Shown here: piece after piece, positions 9,292 through 19,613 of the stretch
Numbering within the stretch: the first letter of the stretch is position 1
Layout: each line of letters opens with the position of its first letter
Assembly (NCBI GenBank): GCA_022826705.1
Contig: JAJDUJ010000027.1
Location: 167,880-231,879 of the forward strand
Source of the DNA: Acidimicrobiia bacterium
GTDB taxonomy: Bacteria > Actinomycetota > Acidimicrobiia > Acidimicrobiales > Bin134
DNA: 64,000 nt
Direction of reading: 5' to 3'
Notes under the pieces: model-generated
Database searches by the model: none
What the model saw: the letters and a program-made list of their open reading frames with translations, nothing else
What the model was told of the DNA's origin: nothing
Position numbers and translations under genes: made by a program

Positions 9292-11550
9292 GTGATCTTC
9301 GGGGTACGTCATTCGGTTGCGGTTGCCACCGCACTGGGGACGCTAGGGGCAGTGATCATCGCTGTTCTCACCTGGAAGGGTGCCCAGGTCACCAGCGAGA
9401 CCTTTCTGGTCACCACCTACATAGGGCTCTTCCTCGGTGCCCTGTGGGCCATGTACGCCACCGGTTTGGTGGTGGTGTACACCACCACCGGGGTTTTCAA
9501 CTTCGCCCAGGGCGCCATCGGCGTCTTCGCGGCATTCTTCTATTGGGAACTCCATGTAAATCGGGGCTGGCACTCCATCCTCGCCCTGTTCGTGGTGGTG
9601 GGCCTGTTCGCGCCCGCGCTGGGCGTGGTGCTGGACATCGTGATCATGAGGCGCCTGCGTACCGCTTCGCTGGTAGTGCAGCTCATGGTCACCGTGGCAA
9701 TCATGGTGCTGCTGCTGTCGGTGGTGGGCGACATCTGGGAGGCCGATACTGCCCGCCGGGTGCCCTATTTGTTCGGCATCAACAACGGCATTGACTTGGG
9801 ACCGTCTCAGCTTCCCTGGCACCGGCTCATCGTGTTTGTGGTGGCTATCGCCATTGCCGTGGCTATGCGATATTTGCTTCGCCGCACCCGCATCGGCACG
9901 GCCATGCGGGCGGTGGTGGACAACAGGGAGCTGGCTGCTCTCAACGGGGCTCGTCCCAACGTGGTGTCGTCTACCTCCTGGGCACTGGGCTCCATGCTGG
10001 GTGCGCTGGGGGGCATCCTCATCGCCCCCGAACTCGGCCTTGATCCCGCAACCCTGAACAATGTGGTGATCATCGCCTTCGCGGCGGCGGCCTTCGGGGC
10101 CCTGAAGAACCTGCCCATGGCGGTGATCGGGGCAATGTTGATCGGACTGCTGCGAGCCCACACAGTGGCCTGGCTGGACTTCGGATCCGATTTCCGCTTC
10201 GCCCACCTCTCCATTGCCCCGCTGTTGCTGCTGTTCGTGGTCATAGCCCTGCCCCAGGCCCGCCTGGAAGTAGGACGGCTGGTCCATCATCTCCGTCGCC
10301 ACGAGCGCTTCACCAAGTGGTGGGAGGGACTCATCGGCTGCGGGGTGATCATTCTGCTGGCGGTGGCATTCTCCGGCGGCTGGTTGAACTTCTTAATCTG
10401 GGATCCTGGTGCCTGGGGCAGCCGAGAGCTGAACTCGGCCAATGAAGCCATGGCCCTGGCTCTCATCGGCTTATCGCTGGTTCCCTTGATCGGCTGGGCC
10501 GGTCAGATCAACTTCGCGCCGTTGGCATTTGCCGGATTCGGCGCCTTTGTGTACCTGAAGGTGATAGGTGCAGGGTGGGTCACGTTCCTGGGGTTGGATC
10601 GCCTGGGCTTGGATCCCCAGGACATCAGAGATATCGACAACGGCTACTGGATCCTCCTAGTAGGGCTACTATGCGCGCCCTTGGGTGCCTTGGTAGCCCT
10701 TCCCGCCGCCCGTCTCAGGGGGCTGTACCTGGCTCTCATGACTATGGCTTTCGCCCAGGCGATGTCGCTTATCTTCTTCCCCAACCCGTGGGTTATGCCC
10801 ATCATCGGGACCGGTCGGCAGTTTCCCCACATTGAGCTGTTCGGGGTTACCTTCGACGACCGCCGGGGCTTCTTCCTGCTGCTGATGTGCGTATTCGCTG
10901 TCGTTGTCTACGCGCTGGTATTGCTGCGACGGTCTCGGTATGGGCGAAGATGGATGGCCATCAATGACTCGCAGGCTGCGGCAGCCACCCTCGGGGTACC
11001 AGTGGTGTGGACCAAGGTTGTGGTGTATGCCCTTTCAGCGGTCATAGCCGGCATTGCAGGGGTGTTCTGGGCCACTGTTTCGGGCAACGTCGACAGCGTG
11101 CAGGGATTTGACTTGCTAATCGGGTTCAATATCGTGCTGTTGGTGGCGGCTGCCGGAGTGTCCATACCGGTGGCTGGCATCTTCTTGATCTTCATTCCGC
11201 TGTTCACCGGGCTGGGACATCGGCTGGAAGATTCTGGGAACGTGGATTTTCTGGTCACGCTGCTCGACATCATGACTACTTATGGACCGGGGATGCTGGT
11301 GCTCGGCATGGTGTTCAATCCTCGGGGGGCCATCTTCGAGATGGGCCGCGGGTTCTCGCCCATCCTGCCGTGGCGCAGCGATGCCCGAGCCGAGATCGCC
11401 GCCGAGAATGCCCAAAAGCGCGAGCCGGAGATCGGTGAACTGGGCATAGAGCGGCCGTTCACCCCCGAAGAGGTGATCGCCATCGACCGACGGCTGGGGA
11501 TCTTGGACGAAGTGGTACCGAAGGAGGGCTATGGCGCTGCTCGAAGCTGA
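9292..11550 (+). CDS. Fused LivH-LivM type ABC permease (two permease domains in one 752-aa polypeptide)
   Basis: The N-terminal half is LivH-like (GVFNFAQGAIG). The C-terminal half is LivM-like (GWAGQINFAPLAFAGFGAF). AGGAGG lies upstream of GTG 9292. Confidence 0.85.
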   Translation: MIFGVRHSVAVATALGTLGAVIIAVLTWKGAQVTSETFLVTTYIGLFLGALWAMYATGLVVVYTTTGVFNFAQGAIGVFAAFFYWELHVNRGWHSILALFVVVGLFAPALGVVLDIVIMRRLRTASLVVQLMVTVAIMVLLLSVVGDIWEADTARRVPYLFGINNGIDLGPSQLPWHRLIVFVVAIAIAVAMRYLLRRTRIGTAMRAVVDNRELAALNGARPNVVSSTSWALGSMLGALGGILIAPELGLDPATLNNVVIIAFAAAAFGALKNLPMAVIGAMLIGLLRAHTVAWLDFGSDFRFAHLSIAPLLLLFVVIALPQARLEVGRLVHHLRRHERFTKWWEGLIGCGVIILLAVAFSGGWLNFLIWDPGAWGSRELNSANEAMALALIGLSLVPLIGWAGQINFAPLAFAGFGAFVYLKVIGAGWVTFLGLDRLGLDPQDIRDIDNGYWILLVGLLCAPLGALVALPAARLRGLYLALMTMAFAQAMSLIFFPNPWVMPIIGTGRQFPHIELFGVTFDDRRGFFLLLMCVFAVVVYALVLLRRSRYGRRWMAINDSQAAAATLGVPVVWTKVVVYALSAVIAGIAGVFWATVSGNVDSVQGFDLLIGFNIVLLVAAAGVSIPVAGIFLIFIPLFTGLGHRLEDSGNVDFLVTLLDIMTTYGPGMLVLGMVFNPRGAIFEMGRGFSPILPWRSDARAEIAAENAQKREPEIGELGIERPFTPEEVIAIDRRLGILDEVVPKEGYGAARS

Positions 11551-12295
11551 GCAAGTGGTCATGCGCTTCGGCGGCGTGGTGGCCCTCGACAACGCCTCGG
11601 TGGACGTCGACCCCGGTGAGGTGACCGGCCTCATCGGCCCCAACGGCGCGGGCAAGACCACCCTGTTCAATGTGGTCACCGGCCTGTTGCCCCCCACCAG
11701 CGGCACGGTGAAGTTCGACGGGGTCGACATCACCCGGGCCGGCGTGTCCCGGCGGTCGCAGATGGGCATCGCCCGTACCTTCCAGAAGCTGGAGGCGTTC
11801 AACACGCTGAGCGCGTTCGACAACGTGAGGGTGGCGGTGGAGAAGAACCACCGCGCCAAGTGGAAGCACCAACGGGTCAACGATGTGGCCCACGAAATGC
11901 TGGGCAAGGTAGGCCTTGACGATGTAGCCGATGTGACGGTGGGCACCCTTCCCACCGGCAGCGCCCGGTTGGTTGAGCTGGCCCGGGCTCTGGCCTGTCG
12001 GCCCCGGGTGCTGCTTTTGGACGAGCCGTCGTCTGGTCTGAACGAAGAGGAGACCACTGCCATCGGCCAACTCCTGTTGGGGTTGGTGGCCGACAAGGAC
12101 AACGATCTGGCCGTTCTGCTGGTGGAGCACGACATGAGCTTTGTGATGGGGGTGTGTGCCCGCATCCATGTGCTGGACTTCGGCAAGATCATCGCGGTGG
12201 GCACGCCTATTGAGGTGCAGGGCAACGAGGCCGTGCGGGCCGCCTACCTTGGCGGCGACGAATTCCGGGCGGGATATGTGGGGGTCGGCGAGTGA
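11531..12295 (+). CDS. livG: Branched-chain-amino-acid-type ABC transporter ATP-binding protein (LivG-like)
   Basis: Walker A GPNGAGKTT, Walker B LLLDEPSSG, and an LivG-type C-terminal extension. Overlaps the permease stop. Confidence 0.85.
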   Translation: MALLEAEQVVMRFGGVVALDNASVDVDPGEVTGLIGPNGAGKTTLFNVVTGLLPPTSGTVKFDGVDITRAGVSRRSQMGIARTFQKLEAFNTLSAFDNVRVAVEKNHRAKWKHQRVNDVAHEMLGKVGLDDVADVTVGTLPTGSARLVELARALACRPRVLLLDEPSSGLNEEETTAIGQLLLGLVADKDNDLAVLLVEHDMSFVMGVCARIHVLDFGKIIAVGTPIEVQGNEAVRAAYLGGDEFRAGYVGVGE

Positions 12296-13008
12296 ATACC
12301 GAGACGGCAAATCCGCTTTTGGAATTGATCGGAATCCGCGCCGGCTACGGCACGATCGACGTGCTTCACGGCGTAGACCTGCGGGTCATGCCGGGCCAGG
12401 TGTATGCACTATTGGGTCCCAATGGGGCGGGCAAGACCACCACCTTGGGGGTGGCCAGTGGCCAGATCCAGCCCCACGCCGGATCGGTATTGCTCGACGG
12501 CCACGAAGTGAACGGCGTGTCTCCCGACCGGCTGGCCCGGGCCGGGGTGTGTCTGATTCCCGAGGGCCGGGGGATCTTCCCCAACCTCTCTGTGGCCGAG
12601 AACCTGCGGATGTCCACCTATGCCGGTGTGTCCTACAAGCAGGTGCAGGAGCGGGCCTTCGCCCAATTCCCCCGCCTCCAGGAGCGCCGCAATCAGATGG
12701 CGGGCACGTTGTCGGGCGGGGAGCAGCAGATGCTGGCCATGTCTCGGGCGCTGTCCACAGACCCAGCCATCTTGATGCTCGACGAGCTGTCCATGGGACT
12801 GGCCCCCATCATCGTGGAGGAGCTTTACGAGCAGGTGGCGTCTCTGGCCGAGGCCGGACTGTCCATCCTTATCGTCGAGCAGTTTGCCCAAGCGGTGCTG
12901 GGAGTGGCCAATGAGGCCGCCATCATGCTTCATGGCCGTATCCAGCGCACTGGGCCGCCGGCAGAGATCGCCGAAGAATTGACCGCCGCCTATCTAGGCA
13001 TGTCTTGA
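12292..13008 (+). CDS. livF: Branched-chain-amino-acid-type ABC transporter ATP-binding protein (LivF-like)
   Basis: Walker A GPNGAGKTT, signature LSGGEQQML, C-terminal AAYLG. GTGA overlap with livG. Confidence 0.85.
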   Translation: MNTETANPLLELIGIRAGYGTIDVLHGVDLRVMPGQVYALLGPNGAGKTTTLGVASGQIQPHAGSVLLDGHEVNGVSPDRLARAGVCLIPEGRGIFPNLSVAENLRMSTYAGVSYKQVQERAFAQFPRLQERRNQMAGTLSGGEQQMLAMSRALSTDPAILMLDELSMGLAPIIVEELYEQVASLAEAGLSILIVEQFAQAVLGVANEAAIMLHGRIQRTGPPAEIAEELTAAYLGMS

Positions 13009-13017
13009 GGAGACACC

Positions 13018-13377
13018 ATGAGTGACACAACCGACGCCGCGGGCGAAAGCAGCCGTCTCGAGGAATTCCACCAAGAGGTGGGCAAGCTCCGGGCTTCCGG
13101 CGGACGGGCCAACCCCGACCGGTGGGTGTTCCGAATCGGATTGATAATCACCATCGTTGGGCTGGCCTTCACCCTGGTGTCGTTCATCATGACCGGCGGC
13201 GCTTCGAATGCGGTCAACCATCTCGACTTGGTGGTCTCCGCCATATTCGGGCTCAGCCTCACGTTCATCGGCTTGGTGATGATCGCGGTCAGCTCCTTTA
13301 AGCGCTTCATGCGCTACTGGCTGGTCCGCCTTGTCTACGAATACCGCGAGCAGACCGACCGGGTGGTGGGCAGCTAG
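13018..13377 (+). CDS. Small membrane protein (2 predicted TM helices), hypothetical
   Basis: 119-aa ORF 9 bp after livF, with hydrophobic segments IGLIITIVGLAFTLVSFIM and VVSAIFGLSLTFIGLVMIAV. Confidence 0.55.
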   Translation: MSDTTDAAGESSRLEEFHQEVGKLRASGGRANPDRWVFRIGLIITIVGLAFTLVSFIMTGGASNAVNHLDLVVSAIFGLSLTFIGLVMIAVSSFKRFMRYWLVRLVYEYREQTDRVVGS

Positions 13378-13395
13378 CCACCGGCTCTTTCCGGC

Positions 13396-14499
13396 TCAGA
13401 GTTCGTCGAGCTGGGCCTTCAGACAGTCGCTGGAGGGGTTCTCCAGCCAGAACGGGTTGTCGGCGGGCATCTCGCCTCGCAGCACGGTGCGGTTCATCAC
13501 CCTCACCACGATGGCGGTGTAGCGGGCCGCAGCGAAAACCTCGTACCAGGTGGTGTCTCCCGGATCGCGCCCCGCGTGGGCGGCGTAGAGATCGCGCTGT
13601 TCGGCCCGAGAGGGCTCGCCCTCCAGGCGGGGTTGGTTGCCCATGTGCTCGTGCGACCAACGGTCGAACATCAGCCACCATCCCAGGTCCACCAGCGGTG
13701 AGGCGATGCAGGCGGCCTCGAAGTCGGTGACGCAGGCGGGCTCGAAGTCCTGCCAGATGATGTTGCCGGGCCGCCCGTCGCCCCAGTTCAGGCACAGGCC
13801 GTCGTCAGCGGGCATGTTCTCGTAGAGATAGGCGAACCCGGCTTCCAGCACCGGATGGTCCCGGCCGTCGAGCTCCCGGTCGGAGTAGTCCCGCCAGATT
13901 CGCACCTGGGTGGCCGTGCTCGGCTGGTCGCCGGTGGCCACCAGCCAGTTGAGTCCGGCGGCCTGCCAGTCGATGCTGTGGATCTGGGCCATGGTCCGCA
14001 ATCCCTGGTCCACCAGCTGGCGGCGCTGGCCAGGCTGGGCGTCGAAGAAGAAGCCGGAGCCGGTGTAGATCGGGTCTTCCCGGGGAATGTCACCGCCCAC
14101 GAACCCCATCACGAAGAACGGCCCGCCCAGGGTGGCGTCGTCGGCTTCGTAGCCCACCAGTGGGGCGATGGGGGCATCGCTGTGGGCGGCGACCGCCGAC
14201 ATCACCCGGTACTGGATGTCCACCTCGACGTCCAGCTCGCCCGGAGCCTGTTGGGGATACACCGGCGGCTCGGGCAGCTCCCGACGGACCACGAACCGCT
14301 CGACCGTCGACCCGGCACCCCGGTCCACGTCTGCGTCGAACAGCAGGGTCTCTGCTGAGTAGCCCCCTGACGGCACCTCAAATGGTCCGACGTCCACGCT
14401 CCGAGCGCCGAGCCGCTCAGCCAACCACCCGGCCAGCGGCTCCCTAAGCTCAGATCGGTCGCTTCTCACCCCCAGGATGTCGGGTCCCTGGTCGCTCAT
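13396..14499 (-). CDS. Phosphotransferase-family protein (APH/choline-kinase-like fold)
   Basis: 367-aa ORF with a variant Brenner motif WGDGRPGNIIW and a downstream DFE, as in acyl-CoA-dehydrogenase-associated APH-like kinases. Confidence 0.75.
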   Translation of the reverse strand: MSDQGPDILGVRSDRSELREPLAGWLAERLGARSVDVGPFEVPSGGYSAETLLFDADVDRGAGSTVERFVVRRELPEPPVYPQQAPGELDVEVDIQYRVMSAVAAHSDAPIAPLVGYEADDATLGGPFFVMGFVGGDIPREDPIYTGSGFFFDAQPGQRRQLVDQGLRTMAQIHSIDWQAAGLNWLVATGDQPSTATQVRIWRDYSDRELDGRDHPVLEAGFAYLYENMPADDGLCLNWGDGRPGNIIWQDFEPACVTDFEAACIASPLVDLGWWLMFDRWSHEHMGNQPRLEGEPSRAEQRDLYAAHAGRDPGDTTWYEVFAAARYTAIVVRVMNRTVLRGEMPADNPFWLENPSSDCLKAQLDEL

Positions 14500-14518
14500 A
14501 GCCGTTGTCGCTCAATTG

Positions 14519-15712
14519 CTATGCGAGTTCTTCGGCCCGGGGAACCTCGTACAGCGGGTCGGGCGTCATCTCCAGCGGGCCACCGTGCTCGATCCGCTGG
14601 CGGGTGCTGCGGTGCAGCGGGTCTTTGTCCAGCTTGGGGATCACGTGGGTGCCGAACAGCCGGATGGTCTCCAGGCAATTCTCGTGGCTTAGCTGGATGG
14701 GCAGCCCGAACGACACCTGGTCGCAGCCGATCTCCTCATAGCGCTTCACCTGCTCCAACACCTCGTCGGGGTCGCCGCACAGCAGGAAACCGGCGGCGAT
14801 GCGCTCCTCCACGTCCTCCAAGGTGGGTTCGGGGATGATCGTGGGGTAGGGCGGCAGGTCCTCGGGCTTGGGGAAGGTGTCGTGGTACTTGAACACCAGC
14901 GACTGGAGGTAGCTGAGCTGCATCTGCTCGCACACCACCCGGCGGGCCTCCTGGCCGTCTTCCAGGCACACCAGGCCGTTGGCGATCATCACGTTGTCGT
15001 TCACGTACTCGCCGGCGGGCTCGGCATGGGGGATGGCGTTCTTGTAGGCCTCCACGTGGGGGGCCATCTCGTAGATGGCGGCCACGTTGAACCCCAGCAC
15101 GCCCAAGCCGTGGCGGGCGGCCTTCTCATAGGTGGGGGTGTTGCCCGCCGCCACCCACATGGGCGGGTGGGAGTGGCAGTAGGGCTTGGGCAGCACGTTG
15201 AAGGTGCCCCACGTGCCGGTCTCGGGGGTTTGGAAGGCAGTGCCGTCGGGGTGGGAGTAGGCGGTGTTGCCCCAGATCTTCTTGAACTCCCAGATCACCT
15301 CGTCCCAGTTGGCCTTGGTCTCTGATGGGTCGATGCCGAAGCCGCCGATCTCGTGGCTGCCCGCTCCGCGGCCGGTGCCGAACTCGAACCGGCCCTTGCT
15401 CATGTGGTCGAGCATGGCCACCCGCTCGGCCAGCTTGATGGGATGGTTCACGATGGGGTTCAGGTTGAAGATGCCCGATCCCATGTGGATTTGGGAGGTT
15501 TGGGCGAAGGAGTAGGCCATGAACACCTCGCTGGCCGAGGTGTGGGAGTAGTCCTCCAAGAAGTGGTGCTCGCTCACCCAGATGTACTTCCAGTTGTGCT
15601 GGTCGGCCACCCGGACCATCTCCAGCTCGTTCTCAAAGGCCTGATGCTCCCAGTAGGGGCTGCGCGCTCCGCCCCGGCGAGGCGATCCCTGCAAGAAAAT
15701 GGCGAACTCCAC
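14519..15712 (-). CDS. LLM-class flavin-dependent oxidoreductase
   Basis: 397-aa ORF: MEFAIFLQG...WKYIWVSEHHFLEDYSH...FEFGTGRG, typical of luciferase-like monooxygenases. Confidence 0.85.
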   Translation of the reverse strand: MEFAIFLQGSPRRGGARSPYWEHQAFENELEMVRVADQHNWKYIWVSEHHFLEDYSHTSASEVFMAYSFAQTSQIHMGSGIFNLNPIVNHPIKLAERVAMLDHMSKGRFEFGTGRGAGSHEIGGFGIDPSETKANWDEVIWEFKKIWGNTAYSHPDGTAFQTPETGTWGTFNVLPKPYCHSHPPMWVAAGNTPTYEKAARHGLGVLGFNVAAIYEMAPHVEAYKNAIPHAEPAGEYVNDNVMIANGLVCLEDGQEARRVVCEQMQLSYLQSLVFKYHDTFPKPEDLPPYPTIIPEPTLEDVEERIAAGFLLCGDPDEVLEQVKRYEEIGCDQVSFGLPIQLSHENCLETIRLFGTHVIPKLDKDPLHRSTRQRIEHGGPLEMTPDPLYEVPRAEELA

Positions 15713-15800
15713 GATGTGCTCCCTTTGGTCCCGGTGTTTTGCTTGTGTCTGCGGCTGGCAGAATACTCGCCGTCGCAGCGGCAGGCTCAGCCCGGCCCGC

Positions 15801-16787
15801 TCACGCCCTCATTTCCAGCACCACCCGGCCGACCACCTGGCGAGACTCCAGGGCGGTCATGGCCTCGGGCAGCTCCTCAAACGAGTAGGTGGCACTGACC
15901 ACCGAGGCGAGGCTGCCCGCGTCCCACAGCGCGCTGAGCTGGCGGTGGTCGTCCAACCGCTCCTCCCGGCTGTAGCGGGCAGGGATGGCCCCCACCACCG
16001 AGTAGTTGCGCTGCACCATGTGGCGCACGTTCACCGGCGCCCACTCGCCGCTGGCAAAACCGATGAGCACGATTCGGGCGTCGCGGGCCACGCACCGAGA
16101 GGCCGCGGTGTAGGCATCACCCCCCACCGGGTCGTACACCACGTTGACCCCCTGCCCGTCGGTCAGCTCCATTACCGCAGCGGCGATGTCGCCCTCTCGG
16201 TGGTCCACTGTCTGTTGGGCGCCAAAGCCTGCGGCCGTCTCGCAGCGCTCCGGGCCGCCGGCCACCCCGATCACCCGGGCCCCTAGGGCGGCACCCAATG
16301 AGCAGGCCGCCGCCCCGGTGCCGCCGGCCGCTCCCAGCACCAGCAGGGTCTCGCCCGCCTTCAGCCCGCCCCGGCGCACCAGGCCTATCCACGCGGTGTG
16401 GTAGGGGATCAGGAATCCGGCCGCCGCGGCGTCGTCCATGGAGTCGGGCACGGTGAACGCCGATCCCCCCAGCCCCAGGCACAGCTCGGCGAACCCGCCG
16501 TCGCCGGTCTGAAACGAGGTAACGGCCATCACTCGCTGACCGGGGGTCAGGTCGACGCCGTCGCCGGCCTCCACCACCGTCCCGCACACCTCCTGGCCGG
16601 GGGTGAACGACCCCTCCGACGGTCCCAGCGGATACACCCCCCGGCACATGAACACGTCGGGCAAGCCGACGCCCACTGCGCCCACCTTCATCTGGAACGT
16701 CCCCTCTCGGGGATCGGGCGCGGCCCTGTCCGTCAACCGCAGCACCTCGCCCGGCGCTCCCGACCCTTCGACCACCCAAGCTCGCAT
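15801..16787 (-). CDS. Zinc-type alcohol dehydrogenase / NADPH:quinone oxidoreductase (MDR family)
   Basis: Start moved to ATG 16787 (MRAWVVEGSG...). Rossmann motif VLGAAGGTGAAA. The upstream 157 codons of the ORF are Arg/Ser/Pro-rich read-through. Confidence 0.85.
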   Translation of the reverse strand: MRAWVVEGSGAPGEVLRLTDRAAPDPREGTFQMKVGAVGVGLPDVFMCRGVYPLGPSEGSFTPGQEVCGTVVEAGDGVDLTPGQRVMAVTSFQTGDGGFAELCLGLGGSAFTVPDSMDDAAAAGFLIPYHTAWIGLVRRGGLKAGETLLVLGAAGGTGAAACSLGAALGARVIGVAGGPERCETAAGFGAQQTVDHREGDIAAAVMELTDGQGVNVVYDPVGGDAYTAASRCVARDARIVLIGFASGEWAPVNVRHMVQRNYSVVGAIPARYSREERLDDHRQLSALWDAGSLASVVSATYSFEELPEAMTALESRQVVGRVVLEMRA

Positions 16788-16872
16788 CCGCCTAGCTTCG
16801 CCCACCGCGCCTGAAATCCACCACCCGGCCTGAAATCCACTGCCCAGTCTGCGAAGTGCGAAGCTAACCCCC

Positions 16873-17688
16873 ATGGCTGACCGGTACGGATTGGAAACCA
16901 TCGCCACGGAGCTCGACTCCTCCGGAGTGCTCACCGCCACGCTGAACCGGCCCGACCGGGGCAACGGCCTCAACAAGCAGATGCACCTCGACCTGCGGGA
17001 CTTGTACCGCCGCATCGCCGAAGACGCAGAGGTGCGGGCGGTGGTGCTCACCGGAGCGGGCCGGTCGTTCTGCGTGGGGGCCGACTTCGCGGTGATGGAG
17101 GAGAACCTGGAAACCGGGTATCCCGAGGGGCGTCCCGACCTGCTCGACGACGGTATCGACATCGCCCGGGGCGCGCTGCGGGTCCGCCAACCGATGGTGG
17201 CCGCGGTCAATGGCCACGCCATCGGGCTGGGTGCCTCGCTGGCCCTGTTCTGCGACATCGTCTATCTGAGCGACGCGGCCCGCATCGGCGACCCTCACGT
17301 GAACGCCGGGTTGGTGGCTGGCGACGGGGGAGCGGTGCTGTGGCCACTGCTGGTGGGGCTCAACCGGGCCAAGGAGCTGCTCATGACCGGCGACCTCCTC
17401 GACGCCGCCCAAGCAGAGAGCTACGGGCTGGTGAACCACGTTGTGCCCGCGGAGGAGGTGCTGGCCTCCGCCACCGCCATGGCTCAGCGGCTGGCCTCTG
17501 GTCCGCGCCATGCCATCGAGTTCAACAAGCGGCTGTGCAATAAAGAGCTGGAAGACCGGGTCAATCGCCTCTACGACCTGGCCTTCGCGCTGGAGGCCAT
17601 CACCTTCGACACCGACGACCACCGGGAGGCTGTGGACGCCTTCTTGAACAAGCGCACGCCCAACTTCAGCCAGGGTAAGGAAGGCTGA
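16873..17688 (+). CDS. Enoyl-CoA hydratase/isomerase (crotonase) family protein
   Basis: 271-aa ORF with the crotonase core (VLTGAGRSFCVGAD, VAAVNGHAIGLGASLALFCD). Confidence 0.85.
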   Translation: MADRYGLETIATELDSSGVLTATLNRPDRGNGLNKQMHLDLRDLYRRIAEDAEVRAVVLTGAGRSFCVGADFAVMEENLETGYPEGRPDLLDDGIDIARGALRVRQPMVAAVNGHAIGLGASLALFCDIVYLSDAARIGDPHVNAGLVAGDGGAVLWPLLVGLNRAKELLMTGDLLDAAQAESYGLVNHVVPAEEVLASATAMAQRLASGPRHAIEFNKRLCNKELEDRVNRLYDLAFALEAITFDTDDHREAVDAFLNKRTPNFSQGKEG

Positions 17689-17690
17689 TC

Positions 17691-18431
17691 GTGGCCAACA
17701 ACAAGCTCTACATCCACGAGTTCATCGACATAATCGGCCATAACCGGGCCAACTACATGCACCACATGACGGCCAACTGGTCGCCCATCGCTCAAGACGA
17801 GCGCGATCAGCTCTGTTACGGGGTATGGGCCATTGTCGGCACCACGAGGGGCTGGCCGCAGGTGCTGAACCTCTGGGAGGAGGACGGCTGGGACGGCATG
17901 GCCACCTCATTCCGCCTCGAGTGCCAGGGTGCCGGGGCCCAAGACCCCAAACTGGCCAAGTGGTGGGCTCAGGCGGCCAACTACCGCAGCGGGGGGACCG
18001 ACCGGCTGCTAGTGCCCGCCCCCTGGACCCGGACCATCGAGGAGCTGTGCGCCGACGGCGTCACCGGCGAGTGCTACGCCCACGAGCAGGTGAGCCTCAA
18101 ACTGGGGACGTCGGCCGAGTTCTTGGAGCGGGTGCGCACCGACGCCATAGCCGCCCATGAGCCCTTTGGCTGGGAGTTGGCCGGGGCGTGGGAAACGGCC
18201 ATGGTGGCCGACGACGAGGCCTTCCTGCTGTGGGCCATCCCCACCTGGGAGGCGTGGGCTGACTTCGAAAAGGCCCAGCGCACCGATCCGGGCCTGGCCC
18301 GATGGCAGAGTGAGGTGGACGAACTCGTAGAAGGCTGGCACCGCTTCCTACTGGTAGACGCCCCGCTTTGCCCGTTCAAAACCGGCCGCCAACCGGCCCG
18401 CAGCGACCGGATCGACTACGAGGACCTCTAG
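17691..18431 (+). CDS. Hypothetical protein (possibly NIPSNAP/dimeric alpha-beta-barrel-like)
   Basis: 246-aa ORF 2 bp after the crotonase gene with good coding composition. Family assignment is tentative and from memory only. Confidence 0.5.
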   Translation: MANNKLYIHEFIDIIGHNRANYMHHMTANWSPIAQDERDQLCYGVWAIVGTTRGWPQVLNLWEEDGWDGMATSFRLECQGAGAQDPKLAKWWAQAANYRSGGTDRLLVPAPWTRTIEELCADGVTGECYAHEQVSLKLGTSAEFLERVRTDAIAAHEPFGWELAGAWETAMVADDEAFLLWAIPTWEAWADFEKAQRTDPGLARWQSEVDELVEGWHRFLLVDAPLCPFKTGRQPARSDRIDYEDL

Positions 18432-18446
18432 GCGAGCTGTCCGCCG

Positions 18447-19613
18447 CTAGACCGCGATCTTGTAGAGCTCGGCGGCGTTGTCTTGGAGCACCTTGCGGGC
18501 CACGTCATCACCAACATCGCTCAACGCATCGGTGGCTTGATCTAGGCCGAAGGGGTACAGGCAGGTGGGATGGGGGAAGTCGGTCTCGAACAGCACGTTT
18601 TCGGGTCCGACTTGGTTGATGAGTTTGTCGGGGGACAGGTCCTCGAACCAGTAGCAGCCGTACATCTGTCGGCGGAAGTACTCGGTTGGGCTCAGGCTGA
18701 ATTGGGCCTGTACGTCGGTGCGGAGCTGCTCCATCTGGTAGTCCAGCGACTCCAGCACGAACGGGATCCAGCCGACTCCCGACTCCACCGACACGATCTT
18801 GAGCGTCGGATGGCGTTCCAGCACACCGGAGAAGATCAGGTTGGCCAGCACCCGGGCGTTGGTCAAATACATCATGGCTGAGCCAATGGCCAGCTTTTCG
18901 TCGTCGCCCTGCGACGGCCACGGCGAGGTGCCGAACCAGCCCATCGAGCTCTCACTGGCCCCGATGTGGAAGTTCACCGGCAGCTCGTGGTCGCAGCAGA
19001 ATTCCCACAGCGGCCGCCACGCCTCCTCACCCAGGTCGGGCAGCCCCCGCAACTGCGGATCACTGCACATCACGATGCCTCGCAAGCCCAGGCCCACAAT
19101 GCGCTCGGCCTCGGCTAGCGAACCCTCGATGTCCCACCACGGGATCAGGCCCATCGGGAACAGGCGCTCACCAGAGTTGTCCTGGATCTCGGCCATGGCG
19201 TCGTTGTACACCGACACGCACAGCCGCTTGAGTTCCACGTCATCGATCTGGCCGAACTTCTGGCTGCCGAAGCCGGCCAGATTGGGGTAGATGATCTGGG
19301 CGTGGATGCCGAGCTGGTCCATGACCTCCACCCGGGCGTCCATGTCGTAGGCGCCGGGATGCACTTCGTCGATGGTCCAGCCGAAGAATTCGGTGCCCAG
19401 GGCCTTGGAGCCGTCGGGGCGCACCACGCCGCTGGCGGTGGCGAAGCCCAGGAGCTCCCCGTCGAGCACCCAGTGAGGCCGCCCGTCCACATCGGCCACC
19501 TTCGGGAGCCGGTCGACATAGTCCGCCGGCGCCCGGCTGCTCCACAGGTCGTGGGGTTCAGTTAGATGGGTGTCTACGTCAATAACTCGGATCTGATCTC
19601 GCGTCGCGGTCAT
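18447..19613 (-). CDS. Amidohydrolase-2 family metal-dependent hydrolase/decarboxylase (ACMSD-like)
   Basis: 388-aa ORF with N-terminal IDVDTHLTEP metal ligands and C-terminal FETDFPHP. Confidence 0.85.
   Translation of the reverse strand: MTATRDQIRVIDVDTHLTEPHDLWSSRAPADYVDRLPKVADVDGRPHWVLDGELLGFATASGVVRPDGSKALGTEFFGWTIDEVHPGAYDMDARVEVMDQLGIHAQIIYPNLAGFGSQKFGQIDDVELKRLCVSVYNDAMAEIQDNSGERLFPMGLIPWWDIEGSLAEAERIVGLGLRGIVMCSDPQLRGLPDLGEEAWRPLWEFCCDHELPVNFHIGASESSMGWFGTSPWPSQGDDEKLAIGSAMMYLTNARVLANLIFSGVLERHPTLKIVSVESGVGWIPFVLESLDYQMEQLRTDVQAQFSLSPTEYFRRQMYGCYWFEDLSPDKLINQVGPENVLFETDFPHPTCLYPFGLDQATDALSDVGDDVARKVLQDNAAELYKIAV

Noticed and set aside
15801-17258. Full 485-aa version of the quinone oxidoreductase ORF
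   Set aside because: The first 157 codons are Ser/Arg/Pro-rich, overlap the divergent crotonase gene start, and precede a canonical MRAWVV... MDR N-terminus. I called 15801-16787 instead.
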